Part shown: positions 52,434 to 64,000 of the stretch, in pieces | Layout: the number at the start of each line of letters is the position of its first letter | Position numbering within the stretch: the stretch's first letter is position 1 | Source of the DNA: Vicugna vicugna | Lineage: Eukaryota | Assembly (NCBI GenBank): GCA_013265495.1 | Contig: MU058213.1 | Span: forward strand, 5,973,149-6,037,148 | Length of the DNA: 64,000 bases | Direction of reading: 5' to 3' | Made by a program: the position numbers and the translations under genes | Notes under the pieces: generated by a model | The model's database searches: none | What the model saw: only the letters and a program-made list of their open reading frames with translations | What the model was told of the DNA's origin: nothing

Positions 52434-53214
52434 TTTGAAGATTATGTTTTAACCTTGGGCCTTGATACCCTTAGAGACATTAAAAGTGCTCTATACAGAC
52501 TTTCTGAAAGATACAACCACTTTCCTATTTTATACTTACTGTGAATCTAGAAGCAGCATGTAGATCGGGTTATCAATTTTATAGACAAGAAAATCTCTTC
52601 TTTCCCTACTGTTCTCTTTTGTGATTAGTTTCTCTATTTTAAGGGCTTGTTGGACTCCCACATGTGAAATAAATGTCTTCTGTGGTTCTAGAGCTTCTGT
52701 AACTGAAAATGTTCAAAAAGTCTTAGACATTATTACATAATTTGATTACTATTCTCATTCTTCATATCTCCTCTTTCCTATCTTAGTGATTGGTATCATC
52801 ATATTCTTAGTTATCCAGGCAAGAAACACAGCAGTCATTTTTTAGTTTTATTCATTCATTCTTTTACTGATTAATCCAATACAAATAAATATTAATTGCT
52901 TATTATGTGCCAGTCACCTGTTTTAGTGTAAGAGGTCAGGCAGTGAATAGTACAGACACAGTTACTGCCTTGTTGGAACTTGCATTTTAGTGAAAGAACT
53001 TATACAATATATAATAAAAATAACTGACAGTCAACTACTTGATGAAAATCAGGATGTCATATAGAGTGATGGGGAAAAAAGACTTTTAAGTGGAGTGTGT
53101 GTTAGTCCAGGTTCTCTGAGTAAGCGATGCTACAAAAGGATTAAATGTGTAGGGAGTTTGTGTGTGTGTGTGTGTGGTAAAATATACATAATAAGAAATT
53201 TACTACTTTAACCA

Positions 53215-53432
53215 ATTTTTTTTGAAGCGTAGTCGGTTTACAGTGTTGTCTTAATTTCTGGTATACAACATAGTGATTCATTTATACATATATATATATT
53301 CTTTTTCATATTCTTTCTCATTATAGGCCATTAAAAAGGTATTGAATATAGTTCCCTGTGTTATACAGTAGGACCTTCTTGTTTATCTAGTTTATATATA
53401 GTAGTTTGTATCTACTAATCCTGAACTCCCTA
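53215..53432 (-). mobile_element. L1 3' end
   Basis: tttttgaagcgtagtcggtttacagtgttgtc...attgaatatagttccctgtgttatacagtaggacc. Confidence 0.8.
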
Positions 53433-54429
53433 TTTATTTATTTAAGATTCTACATTTTAGCCTTTTTTTTTCCTTTAAATGCAGTCTAGTTTTATTCACC
53501 TTTATAAATGACTCAAGTGATATCAACTCTTTAGTGGAGACAGTGTGTTTACATGAAGACAACATATATTCATTTTGACTATGGTAAATTTTCAAAATCA
53601 CATAGTAGATTTCACGACTTAAAGCCAAATAATTTATCTAAATTAATATAAAGCTTTGTGTTTGTTTATATTAATCTTATCAAAACCACCTCAAAATATA
53701 ATCCCTGTTTGCCACAAATAGCACTAAACTTATCTTTACCCAGCCAAGTACTTCTGCTGAGAATGATTAAATTTGTCAGATTTTACACCATTATAAACTA
53801 TTTACTAAAAGTTACTAGTCTCTTTTGGTTATATAGATGATAACGAAATTTCTATGCTCGTATTACACCATTACAACATTGTAAAGATAATAAAACTTTG
53901 CTTAAAGTGTTAATAAGTTTTTATTTAATTTTTTAAAACTGGTTTACAGATACACACATGAGTTCCTGATTCTGAGTACTTAGATTATAAATGCTTTCCC
54001 CTGTGTATTATGTATTTTCTAAATTACATGCCTTGAAAGATTTCAAGGTGTAAGAATTTGCTATGTTAGGTGAAGAATGAATTTGATTAACCTTCCTTAA
54101 AATATTCACAGTTGTTAAAGTGTCTATTAAGTATTTATTGATTTAGATATTGGTACAATATATTATTAGAACTCTGATATTTGGATAAATGAATTAACCC
54201 AATAGGAGCTTAGGTACTCCTATTCTTGGTTTTCTTTTTTAAAGAAAAAATTCAAATTGTAAGAAAGATAATTTACTGTAACATTAAAAGAATCTTTTAG
54301 ATGTTATACTTAAGGGATTTAGTTATGTATTTTATTTTGTAATTTTGTTTTATGGAATTACTTTATGAGTTTTCATTGCAATTTTATTTTACCATGATTG
54401 TTTCTATTTTGCTTTTTTTTTCTTTTTTA

Positions 54430-56170
54430 ATCATTATTTTAAACTGTTGTCGGTTTACAATGTTAGTTTCAGGTGTCCAGCAAAGGGATTCAGTTATACA
54501 TATACATACGTGTTTATTTTTTTCAGATTCTTTTCCATTATAGCTCGTTATAAGATACATTTTAACCATTTCTAAGTATACAGTTTGGCATTAAATACAT
54601 TCACTTTGCTGTACAACCATCACTACAATCCACATCCAGAACTTTTTTATATAAAAATTTCCCGGCTGACACTCTGAAGTCATGTAACTCTCTCATTCCC
54701 TTCTCTCCCTAGCTCCTTGCAGCCACCATTCTACTTTCCGTCTCCATGAATTTGACTACCCTAGGTACCTCATAAAAGTGGAATCATACTGTTTGACCTT
54801 TTGTGACTCACTTATTTTGCTTAGCCTAATGTCCTTCAGGGTCCATTAATGTTGTAGCATTTGTGAGAGTTTTCTTATTTTTTAAGGACTTTTTAAGAGC
54901 AATTTTAGGTTTACAACAAAATTGAAAGGGGGATGCAGAGATTTCTCATACATTGTCTGCCCCTACATATGCATAGCCTTCCCCATTATCAGCATCAGTC
55001 ACCAAAATGTTACCTTTTTTTTTTTAACCATGGATGAAGTTAATTTGACTCACTATAATCACGCAAAGGTTTATAGTTTACCTTAGGGTTCACTCTTGGT
55101 ATTGTACATTCTTTGGATTTAGACAAATGTGTAATGGCATATGGCCATCATTATAATATCAGAGTATTTCTACTGCCTAAAAATTCTCTGTACTCTACCT
55201 GTTCATTGTCCCTCCTGCCCCTGCCCTGCCACCTCTGATCTGTTTGTTGTCTCCATAGTTTTCCCTTTTCCAGAATGTTAAATAGTTGAAACTATACAAA
55301 ATGTAGCCTTTTCAGATTGGCTTCTTTCATTTAATAATACGCATTTAAGTTCCCCCCATGTCTTTTCATGGCTTGATAGCTCCCTTTTTAGGACTGAATA
55401 ATACTCCATTGTCTGGATATACAACAGTTTATTTATCAGTTCACCTCCGGAAGGACATCTTGATTGCTTCCAAATTTTGTCAGTTATGATTAAAACTCTG
55501 TAAACATCTGTGTACAGGTTCCTAAACTTTTAAAGCTGAAAAATATTCCATTGTATGTATGCCACATTTCATTTATACATTCATCTGTCAGTGCATGCTT
55601 AGGTTGCTTCCACCTTTTGGCTATTATGAATAATGCTGCCATGAACACATGTCTGCAAATATCTGTTCTTCAAGTCTGTGTTTTCTTTTAGGTATATACC
55701 CAGAAGTGAGATTGCTAGATCCTATGGTAATTCTATGTTAACTTTTTGAGGAATTGCCACACCCCTTTCCACAGCTGCTGTACCATTTTATGTTCCCATC
55801 ACCAGTGCTCAAGAGTTCCAGTTTTTCAAAGTTCTTAACAACACCTGTTATTTTGTTTCTTTAATAATAACCACCCTAATGGGTGTGAATTGGTATCTCG
55901 AATTTTTGACTTATACTTCCCTAATTGTCAGTGAAATCTTGAGCATTTTTTCATGTGTGTATCTTCTTTAAAGAGATGACTATTCAACTCCTTTGATAAT
56001 TTTTAGTTGGGTTATTTGTTTTTTTGTTCTTGCATTCCACGAGATCTTTATATATTCTTCGTACCAATTGCTTATCAGATATGTGATTTGCAAATATTTT
56101 CCTCTGTTCCATGGGTTGCTTTTTCACTCTGTTGATACTGTTCTTTCTTGCTAATGAAGTTTTCACACTA
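54430..56170 (-). mobile_element. Nested L1 fragments (L1MB/MA-type)
   Basis: caccattctactttccgtctccatgaatttgactaccctaggtacctcata, gagcaattttaggtttacaacaaaattga, atcagatatgtgatttgcaaatattttc; ORF 55984-56187 is a decayed L1 ORF2 C-terminus (KIFANHISDKQLVRRIYKDL). Confidence 0.85.
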
Positions 56171-56286
56171 TTCATATTATGTAACAAAGTATATTATCCT
56201 TATTATCTAGCTATAGGTAGTGGTCATTATAAAGCATTTGGATAATAGGAGAGAGTATTCTGTCAGGGTCTTGATTTAATACTCTT

Positions 56287-56864
56287 TTTTAAAAAAAAAT
56301 TTTATTGAAGTATAGTCAGTTTACAATGTGTCAATTTCTGGTGTACATAAATGCTTCAGTCATACATGAACATACATATATTTGTTTTCATATTCTTTTT
56401 CACCGTAAGTTACTACAAGATATTGAACATAGTTCCCTGTGCTATAGAGTATGAACTTGTTGTTTATCTGTTTTATATATATTAGTATCTGCAAATCTTG
56501 AACTCTCAGTTTAATCCCTTCGCACCTCTTTCCCCCTCCAGTAATCATAAGTTTGTTTTCTATGTCTGTGAGTCTGCTTCTGTTTTGTAAATAAGTTTGT
56601 CTTTTTTTTTAAGATTCCACATATAAGTGATATATGGTATTTTTCTTTCTCTTTCTGGCTTACTTCGCTTAGAATGACAGTCTCCAGGTCCATCCATGTT
56701 GCTGCAAATGATATTATTTTATTATTTTTTATGGCTGAGTAGTATTCCGTTATAGAAATATATCACAGCTTCTTTATCTAGTCATCTGTTGATAGACATT
56801 TAGGTTGTTCTCATGTGTTGGCTATTGTAAATAGTGCTGCTATGAACATTGGGGTGCATGTATC
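56287..56864 (-). mobile_element. Young 5'-truncated L1 3' end
   Basis: TSD tgatttaatactctt 56272-56286 and tgatttaatattctt 56865-56879; ORF 56511-56693 (MDLETVILSEVSQKEKEKYHISLICG) is the L1 ORF2 C-terminal motif. Confidence 0.9.
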
Positions 56865-58320
56865 TGATTTAATATTCTTAAGCTAGCACAAAGTAAAATA
56901 CATAGCAGTGAAAGGGAATTAAAATTTTAAAACATTCCCTAAGTAATATCCCTATGGTACAAATATTAATCTTCCATTGAATTATATGAAAAAAGATAAA
57001 CCATGAACATTTCTAGTTGATTTTCTGAAAATCTCTAAAACTTTTATAGAAGAATGCAAAGTTATCTTATGGTTTTCTTTTATCATCTTGTTCCTTTAGA
57101 ATTCTGTAAAATTAATTACCATTTTCATTTATAAAATTAAAAAATTGTGTTTATCTTTTAAAAAGTGTGTATACTTATCATTGATAGTGAAGGTTTATAC
57201 CAATAATGACTGTTTCTAAACTATATCACAATTTAGGGGTAGAGTTCCTGAAAGTTGTATTGGTAGTCTTAATGAGTTTTTACTGCCTCTTATTAACCTA
57301 ATACCCTCACATAAGCTTAATTTGTCATGTAAATTGCCAAATCCTAATCCCAGTTTTTAATTTTGAAAATTAGACTTTTTAGCTATTGTGCTTTTTTCTT
57401 GCAAGATTTACTGCTCATTGTTTATTCTGAACTGATACCAGGAGTAATTGATATGTTGCTATTATGACATAGCAATAAAATGATTGGATCAAACCAGTAC
57501 AAAGAGGGACAAGTGTTACGGTTTCAGTATTGAATAATGTATAATATCAAGCTATTCATAATGTGGCCAAGGAGATAGATATATCTAGTACATACCTGCC
57601 TCATTTGTAAATTTGATTAGCCAATAGTTTTTACAGAAATAAAAGACTAGATTGTGATTTTAGCAAATAGCAAATTGTTCAGAATATTCTTTACTGATCC
57701 TTTGTGTTTTGTTGCTTTTTTAGTTAAAAAATGTAGTATTTGTGTTTATTTCTTTACATGACCTTCCTCCTCCTCTTTTTCTCAGTTCAAAATAGAGCAT
57801 GTATTTATACTTCCTTGGTGGGAACATCTCAGGTAATATGGGATGTTAATTTTGCATTTAATGACTGCATGACATGATAACTCAGAGAACAGTTGCTCGT
57901 GTACAAACACATAGACCATACGATACACCACCTCTCTCCCTTACCCCCTCACTGCTTCAGTTGGGCAGACACAGTTCACTAAAAGCCAGAGCAGAGTTAA
58001 CCATAAAGGCTTCATTATTTTGGTTTTGAGGTATAAACTGATGGAAAAGAAACTGAGTTTAGTGAATTATGCCAAGAATCACTTCTTTGTAAATTCACTT
58101 CTGGATTCCAGTTCTCAGAATTTATCTGTTCTTTTGGCAAGTTTTTGTTGCCTCTCAGGACCTCCATTACCAAGCCCCAGAGGATGACTTGGTAATTAAG
58201 GATTAGGAGTCTAAAACAGTTTTTTTTTTTTTCTTCAGCATATAAAGACTGTTTCCTCAGAGATCCAACTCAGCACAACTCTTGGGAGACATGGGCTTCT
58301 GGAACAACCCCAGATTTTTT

Positions 58321-58564
58321 TCTTTTTTTTTTTTTCTTTTTTTAACAGTTTTTATTGATTTATAATAATTTTACAGTGTTGTGTCAAGTTCCAGTGTAGA
58401 GCATAATTTTTCAGTTATATATGAACATACATATATTCATTGTCACATTTTTTTTCACTGTGAGCTACCATAGGATCTTGTATATATTTCCCTGTGCTGT
58501 ACAGTATAATCTTGTTTATCTGTTCTACATTTTGAAATCCCAGTCTGTCCCTTCCCACCCACCA
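58321..58564 (-). mobile_element. Young lineage L1 3' end
   Basis: TSD ccagatttttt at 58310-58320 and 58565-58575; poly-T head. Confidence 0.88.
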
Positions 58565-58657
58565 CCAGATTTTTTCAATGATGTGTTTCTTTTGATGTGA
58601 ATCAAAAGAGGGGTCCATAGTTATCAGAAATCTTGATACTTTCCCTCTTGACTTTTT

Positions 58658-59351
58658 TTTAAATTGAAATATAATTGATTTACAATGTTGTGTTAATTTC
58701 AGGTGTGCAGCAAATTGATTCACTTATACATATATATATTCTTTTTCAGAGTCTTTTCCATTATAAATTAAAAGATATTGAATATAGTTCCCTGTGCTAT
58801 ATAATAGGTCCTTGTTGTTTATCTGTTTTATATATAGTAGTGTGTATCTGTTAATCCAAACTCCTAATTAATCCCTTCTCCACCTTTCCCCTTTGATAGC
58901 CATAAGTTTGTTTTCTGTGTCTGTGTCTATTTCTGTTTTGTAAATAAGTTTGTTTGTATCTTTTTTTTTAGATTCCATGTATAAATGATATCGTATCTTT
59001 TGCTGACTTCCTTTCTTTAGGTCTGTTCATGTTGCTGCAGATAGCATAATTACATTCTTTTTATGGCTGAATAATATTCCACTGTGTATATATAGCATCT
59101 TATTTATCCATTCATCTGTTGATGGACATTTAGGTTACTTCCATGTCTTGCCTACTGTAATAGTGCTTCTATGAACATTGGGGTGCAAGTATCTTTGCAA
59201 ATTAAGAGTTTTCATCTTTTCTGGATATATGCCCAGGAATGGGATTGCTGGATCGTGTAGTAACTGTTTTTAGTTTTTAAAGGAACCTTCATACTATTCT
59301 TCATAGTGGCTGTACCAGTTTACATTCCCACCAGCAATGTAGGAGGGTCCC
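58658..59351 (-). mobile_element. 5'-truncated L1 3' end
   Basis: TSD ccctcttgacttttt at 58643-58657 and 59352-59366. Confidence 0.9.
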
Positions 59352-59369
59352 CCCTCTTGACTTTTTGGC

Positions 59370-60000
59370 AATGTCTTTATTGAGAAATAATTCACATACC
59401 ACACCATTCTCCCTTTTTAAGTGTACAGTTCATTGGTTTTTAGAATATTTGCAGGGTTAAAAAACCATCAACCACAGTCAATTTTAAAAAATTTTCAGTT
59501 CACCAAAGCTAAATCCTATATTCTTTGGCCATCACACCTCAGTCATCCTGTTATCCCTATCCCTAGAGAGTACTAATCTACTTTTTATTTCTGTGGAGTT
59601 GCCTATTCTGGACTTTTTAAGTAAACAGAATCTTAAAATACGTGGTCTTTTGTGACTTTTTAAAACTTAGTGTAGTATTTTTGAGGTTCGTATCATGTAA
59701 CATGAATCAGTACTTCATTTATTTTGATTACTGAGTATTAGTCTGTTATCGATTTATTTACTCATCATTTGATAGACATTTGTTTGTTTACACTTTTTGG
59801 CTCTTGTAACTAGCTAATGGTGCTATGAATAGAATGTAGTAACTCTGTATTTAATCTTTTGAGGAACTACCAAACTACTTTTCCAAAGTGTGTATACCAT
59901 TTTACATTCCCATCAGCAATGTATGAGCGTTTCAATTTCTTTACATCCTTGCCAACCCTTTTTACTATCTGTATTTTTTATTATAGCCATCCTAGTGGGA
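59370..60000 (-). mobile_element. L1MB-type 3' fragment
   Basis: ctttattgagaaataattcacataccac...ttttaagtgtacagttca...cattttacattcccatcagcaatgtatgag. Confidence 0.8.
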
Positions 60001-61588
60001 CCTGCTTGAATCTTAAATCACGTGCACCTGTGCCTTATCATTGTGACTTGTTTTTTCTTGCATTTAGTTATGATGATCCTTGTCTGATTGGCTACCTCTT
60101 GTAATTTGCTCACTTCTTTGCCCATATGTTCACCTATCTTATTATTCCTCCTTTGCTGCTGCTCCACACAGGGCTGATCTTGGATACAACACCTCTTGCC
60201 TTTGTAAATAAGACTAATAGAAGATAGTACTTCTGATAGTTTCATATAGAAATAAGCTGTTAGATTTTTTAAATTGCTGTTGTCTGTTCTGATAATAGTC
60301 ATATACTAAAATACAGTGGGAGGCCTGTGAGGTTGTATATTTCTGTAACTGTCATTTGTGGAAAAGGGAAAAACTTGCTACTAAATATCTTTTTTTCGTC
60401 TCTTTTTAGACAGTGGTTTACAAAGTGCATAAGTACAAACTAATCCATGGTGTTAGAAGTTAGGATAGTGATTATAGCTCTTGGTGGATGGAGTAACTGG
60501 AAGGGGATTTCTGAAGTGCGAGTTATCTTATGTTTCTCAATCTTGGAGCTATTAACATGAATGTTTTCACTTTATGAGAATTCATCAAGCTATAAACTCA
60601 GAATATATATGTGTTTCACTTCAATAAAAATTTAAAATTGTTAATATCATTTAAATCATTTTCAGCACTAGTGAAAGTCTTCATTTGTCACATTAACTAC
60701 ATTTTAAATGAATGTGTTCCATTTTAAGTCATGATATTTACTACCTTACAGTATCACCATTTCATATGTACATTGCATTGATGTAGATACTTTAATTTCA
60801 AGTCCCCTTGTTCAGCAGCTCGTAATTTCAGAGATTAATGATTTAGCTATTTAGATTAGCTGTAGGAAGTTTGATTTTTGTTTTCTGCTGTGTTGCTTTA
60901 ACTGAGTGATCTTCAGGAACTCACAGTCTTGGCTCTAGTCTTCCTGTATAAATCTAAAACTTTCTGAAATGCAGTAGTAGTGCCTACTGTCAATTGGTGA
61001 GTTCAGATTCTCATTAGAGAAAAGAGTAGTTTGAAGGAAAGAACCATGAAAGAGTAGTTATATTTATACTAGTTCATTGTTTATAGTAATCCATCTAACA
61101 TAGTAACCATTTAGATGTACAGAAAACTATTTAATGTAATTATCACTTTAAAATGTGATACCAGGAGAAAAACATTGTTGACTAATCAAAGTCTTCTGAA
61201 TTCTAACCATTTTGTTTGCTTTTACTATTCTAGGTTTTGAAGAGATTATTGGATTTTGACCAAATATGTTGCTGAAGTTAGGAAGATACACAGTAGAATC
61301 AGCTTTTGGTTAATAGAAAGAAGTTTTTACGCAGGCCTATGTTCTGTGATCTTTACTGTATTTCTAAAAATTGGATATATGGGTAACAGCTATCAGAGAA
61401 AAAATGTTTCCAAGAATGTTAAATGACTTGTTATAGTCATTATATTCTGGTGAAGAAAAGGCATTTCTGCCCTAATATAAAGATATTTTCAGTGGACTCT
61501 GAGAACTCTTTAAATAGTATAAGAAAAGCCACATTAACAATCTTCTTAATATCCAATTGTGTCTTCTAGGCCTTCCTTACAGTTTCCC

Positions 61589-62465
61589 ATGTCTCAATGG
61601 ACTCCTGGATATAATAAGCTCTATACCTTAGAAGTGGATATGAAGAGTGAGATTCCTTCTGACGCGCCAGAGACACAGGAGAGTCTGAAAGGGATCCTCT
61701 TGCATCCAGAGCCCATTGGGGCAGCCAGAAGTTTTCCTGCAGGAGTTGAGATGATTAATAGTAAAGTGGGGAATGAATTCTCTCATTTGTGTGATGATTC
61801 TCAAAAACAAGAGAAGGACATGAATGGTAACCAACAAGAACAAGAAAAAAGTGTTGTGAGGAAAAAACGCAAAAGCCAGCAGGCTGGCCCTTCATACATG
61901 CAAAATTGTGCTAAAGAGAACCAGGGAATATTAGGATTGAGGCAACACCTAGAAACACCAAGTGATGAAGATAATGATTCCTCCTTTAGTGATTGTCTTT
62001 CTTCTCCTTCATCTAGTCTGCATTTTGGAGATTCTGATACTGTGACTTCAGATGAGGATAAAGAAGTCTCTGTAAGACATTCCCAGGCAATTTTGAGTGC
62101 TAAAAGTAGAACTCATGGTGCACGGTCCCAAAAGTGGCCTCGGACTGAGACAGAATCTGTTTCGGGATTGTTAATGAAAAGACCCTGTTTTCATAGCAGT
62201 TCATTAAGGAGACTTCCATGCAGAAAGAGATTTGTAAAAAACAATTCCTCACAGAGGACACAGAAACAAAAAGAGAGGATATTAATGCAGAGGAAAAAAC
62301 GAGAAGTATTAGCCCGAAGAAAATATGCATTGCTCCCCAGTTCTAGTAGTTCCAGTGACAATGACCTCAGCAGTGAATCCTCTTCCAGCTCATCAACTGA
62401 AGGAGAAGAAGATTTGTTTGTTTCTGCCAGTGAAAACCACCAAAACAATCCAACTGTTCCCTCAG
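61589..62465 (+). CDS. RNF111: RNF111 (E3 ubiquitin ligase Arkadia) first coding exon (exon 2; exon begins at 61570)
   Basis: [76 protein letters not shown]...[13 protein letters not shown]...[50 protein letters not shown] matches the recalled Arkadia N-terminus. Acceptor tctag|G at 61569/61570; donor CAG|GTAAAA at 62465/62466 (phase 1). The gene continues past the right edge. Confidence 0.97.
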
Positions 62466-64000
62466 GTAAAAACTGTGTTTCTAAAGTTTAGTAAAGGATG
62501 GAAGCTATTGCATTGTTTGTGCTAATCTTCTACACTTTATGATTTCATTGTATTTAGAAGGAATATGAGGTTCTATTAACTTATGTTTAAGCCTGATAAG
62601 TAATTACCAACTATAGTATTAAACCATGGCCCCAATTCTAAGATACACATTTTTAAATTTTTTAAATAGAAAATTTATAATTTTTTCTGATAAAAATAAA
62701 GCAAGAGGGTTTATGATTTTTTTAAAAGAAAATTTCATTTTATATATATTAGATTATGTTTTGTGAGTTGCTGATTTATGGTACAGCTTTTTTTTTTTTT
62801 CTTTTAGTTTTTTTTTTTGTATGTTGAACTTTTATGAGTACTTTTTCAGGTAGCTCTGTAATGGATTTCTTTCACATTCATATACAGTAAGAACAATTTA
62901 ATCACTAAAAAAGACATTTATTTTTCCTTTAAGTACTTTATTATTGTTTATGATTCCCTTGTCATGTTCCTTATAATTGAAAAATAATTTCAGGTATTTG
63001 AGAGGTAACTTTCATTCTAATACTAGAACACAAACTTTTAGTCCTGACAGTGTCCAGTCGAGCATATGATTAATCAGTTAAAATTGAATTGATAGATGAT
63101 TAGCTTGAGTGCATCCCCCACCGCAGTAAAAGTTCCATTAACTAGAATAAGTTTATGTACAATCTCTGAAGTATAAGTATGTTCTATATCTACTGTTTTT
63201 ACAGTTTGTTGTAATTTAAAGTAAGTTGAAGTGAACATTGAGGAGTGAACTCTGAACTGAGGGAAGAGATTAATTTCTTGTGAAAGTGTAAGGAAAATGA
63301 GGGGTGGAGCGTTCTAACATCATGGTTTTCAATACTGACACAGAGCTTTCCCACTCTTTGCCTGATGTCCTCCCTGTTTTATGCCATTTCTCCCTCCCTC
63401 TCTTCCTTTCCCAAGATTCTGTTCCCTCTTACATGTTTATTTTTCTATTCCTGCCAGAACCCTGAAACTAGTAACTTTGTTCTTAATTTTCATCTTAGCT
63501 GTGTTTAGTTTAGTTCATTTTTTTAAAATCCTATCCAAATATTTGTTTTTAAAAGGGTTCATTGAGATCACCTACAACTGGGAAGAGGTTACAGCAACAA
63601 TACTCTATACAGTTTCTTGAGAAAGAGGGAGATGAGAATAAGAATTGTCTTGCTTAACTGTCACATTTCATATCTTTCTTAGGTAATTAGAATGTGAAGA
63701 CTGTAGTTTGGGGAGAGGGAGCAGCGGAGCCCAATTTCTGCTTGAAATTAGTGAGGCAGGATGGTTGATGATCGTAAAGCAGAAGTTCCAAGGAACTGTT
63801 ATTTGTAGGAGGCATGTGAGAATAAACATAGGCCAGTATCAGTGTCTTTTCCTGGGAAGAAAGGAGCTCATATATCAAGCATTCAAGATAAATGCAAACT
63901 CTGTAATTCATTTTTAAATCTTGTTTATACTTATTGTAGCATGTGGGTTTTGGGTTTGTTTTTTTTTTTTAACTCTTTCTTAGAAGGATTACATTGTTTC

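Noticed and set aside
61559..61588. N-terminal [10 protein letters not shown] of the 310-aa ORF
   Set aside because: It starts at a GTG inside the intron; the C-terminal KNCVSKV is likewise intron read-through.
1..64000. CRISPR arrays, operons or other prokaryotic systems
   Set aside because: The sequence is clearly mammalian (spliced genes, LINEs and SINEs); there is no regularly spaced repeat-spacer array.

Overview
Mammalian genomic DNA, most likely camelid (inferred from a tRNA-derived SINE family of the Vic-1 type and the absence of Alu, B1, Bov-tA or PRE-1 elements). It holds the divergent 5' ends of two genes. SLTM is on the minus strand: coding exons 1-2 (SAP domain) in a CpG island at about 1.4-2.4 kb. 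RNF111/Arkadia is on the plus strand: CpG-island non-coding exon 1 at about 28.9-29.35 kb, a 32 kb intron 1, and the large first coding exon at 61.57-62.47 kb. Most of the rest is transposon-derived (L1, L2, MIR, MaLR/ERVL LTRs, MER2B, MER20, MER33, Charlie1, lineage SINEs). The ORF track misses a decayed, nearly full-length processed pseudogene of RBFA (mitochondrial ribosome-binding factor A) at 15.3-16.65 kb, inserted into an old L1. It carries a ~100-nt antisense L1 fragment at what appears to be the exon 1/2 junction, which suggests a fossil of a TE-exonised splice isoform. Other leads: an RNF111 upstream ATG whose frame relative to the main ORF depends on splice choice (including a candidate 47-nt cassette exon followed by an RBFOX motif), and an ATG|GTGAGC donor in SLTM intron 1 that could give a SAP-less isoform. 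Gene and repeat identities come from recalled sequences, not database searches, and repeat boundaries are approximate.
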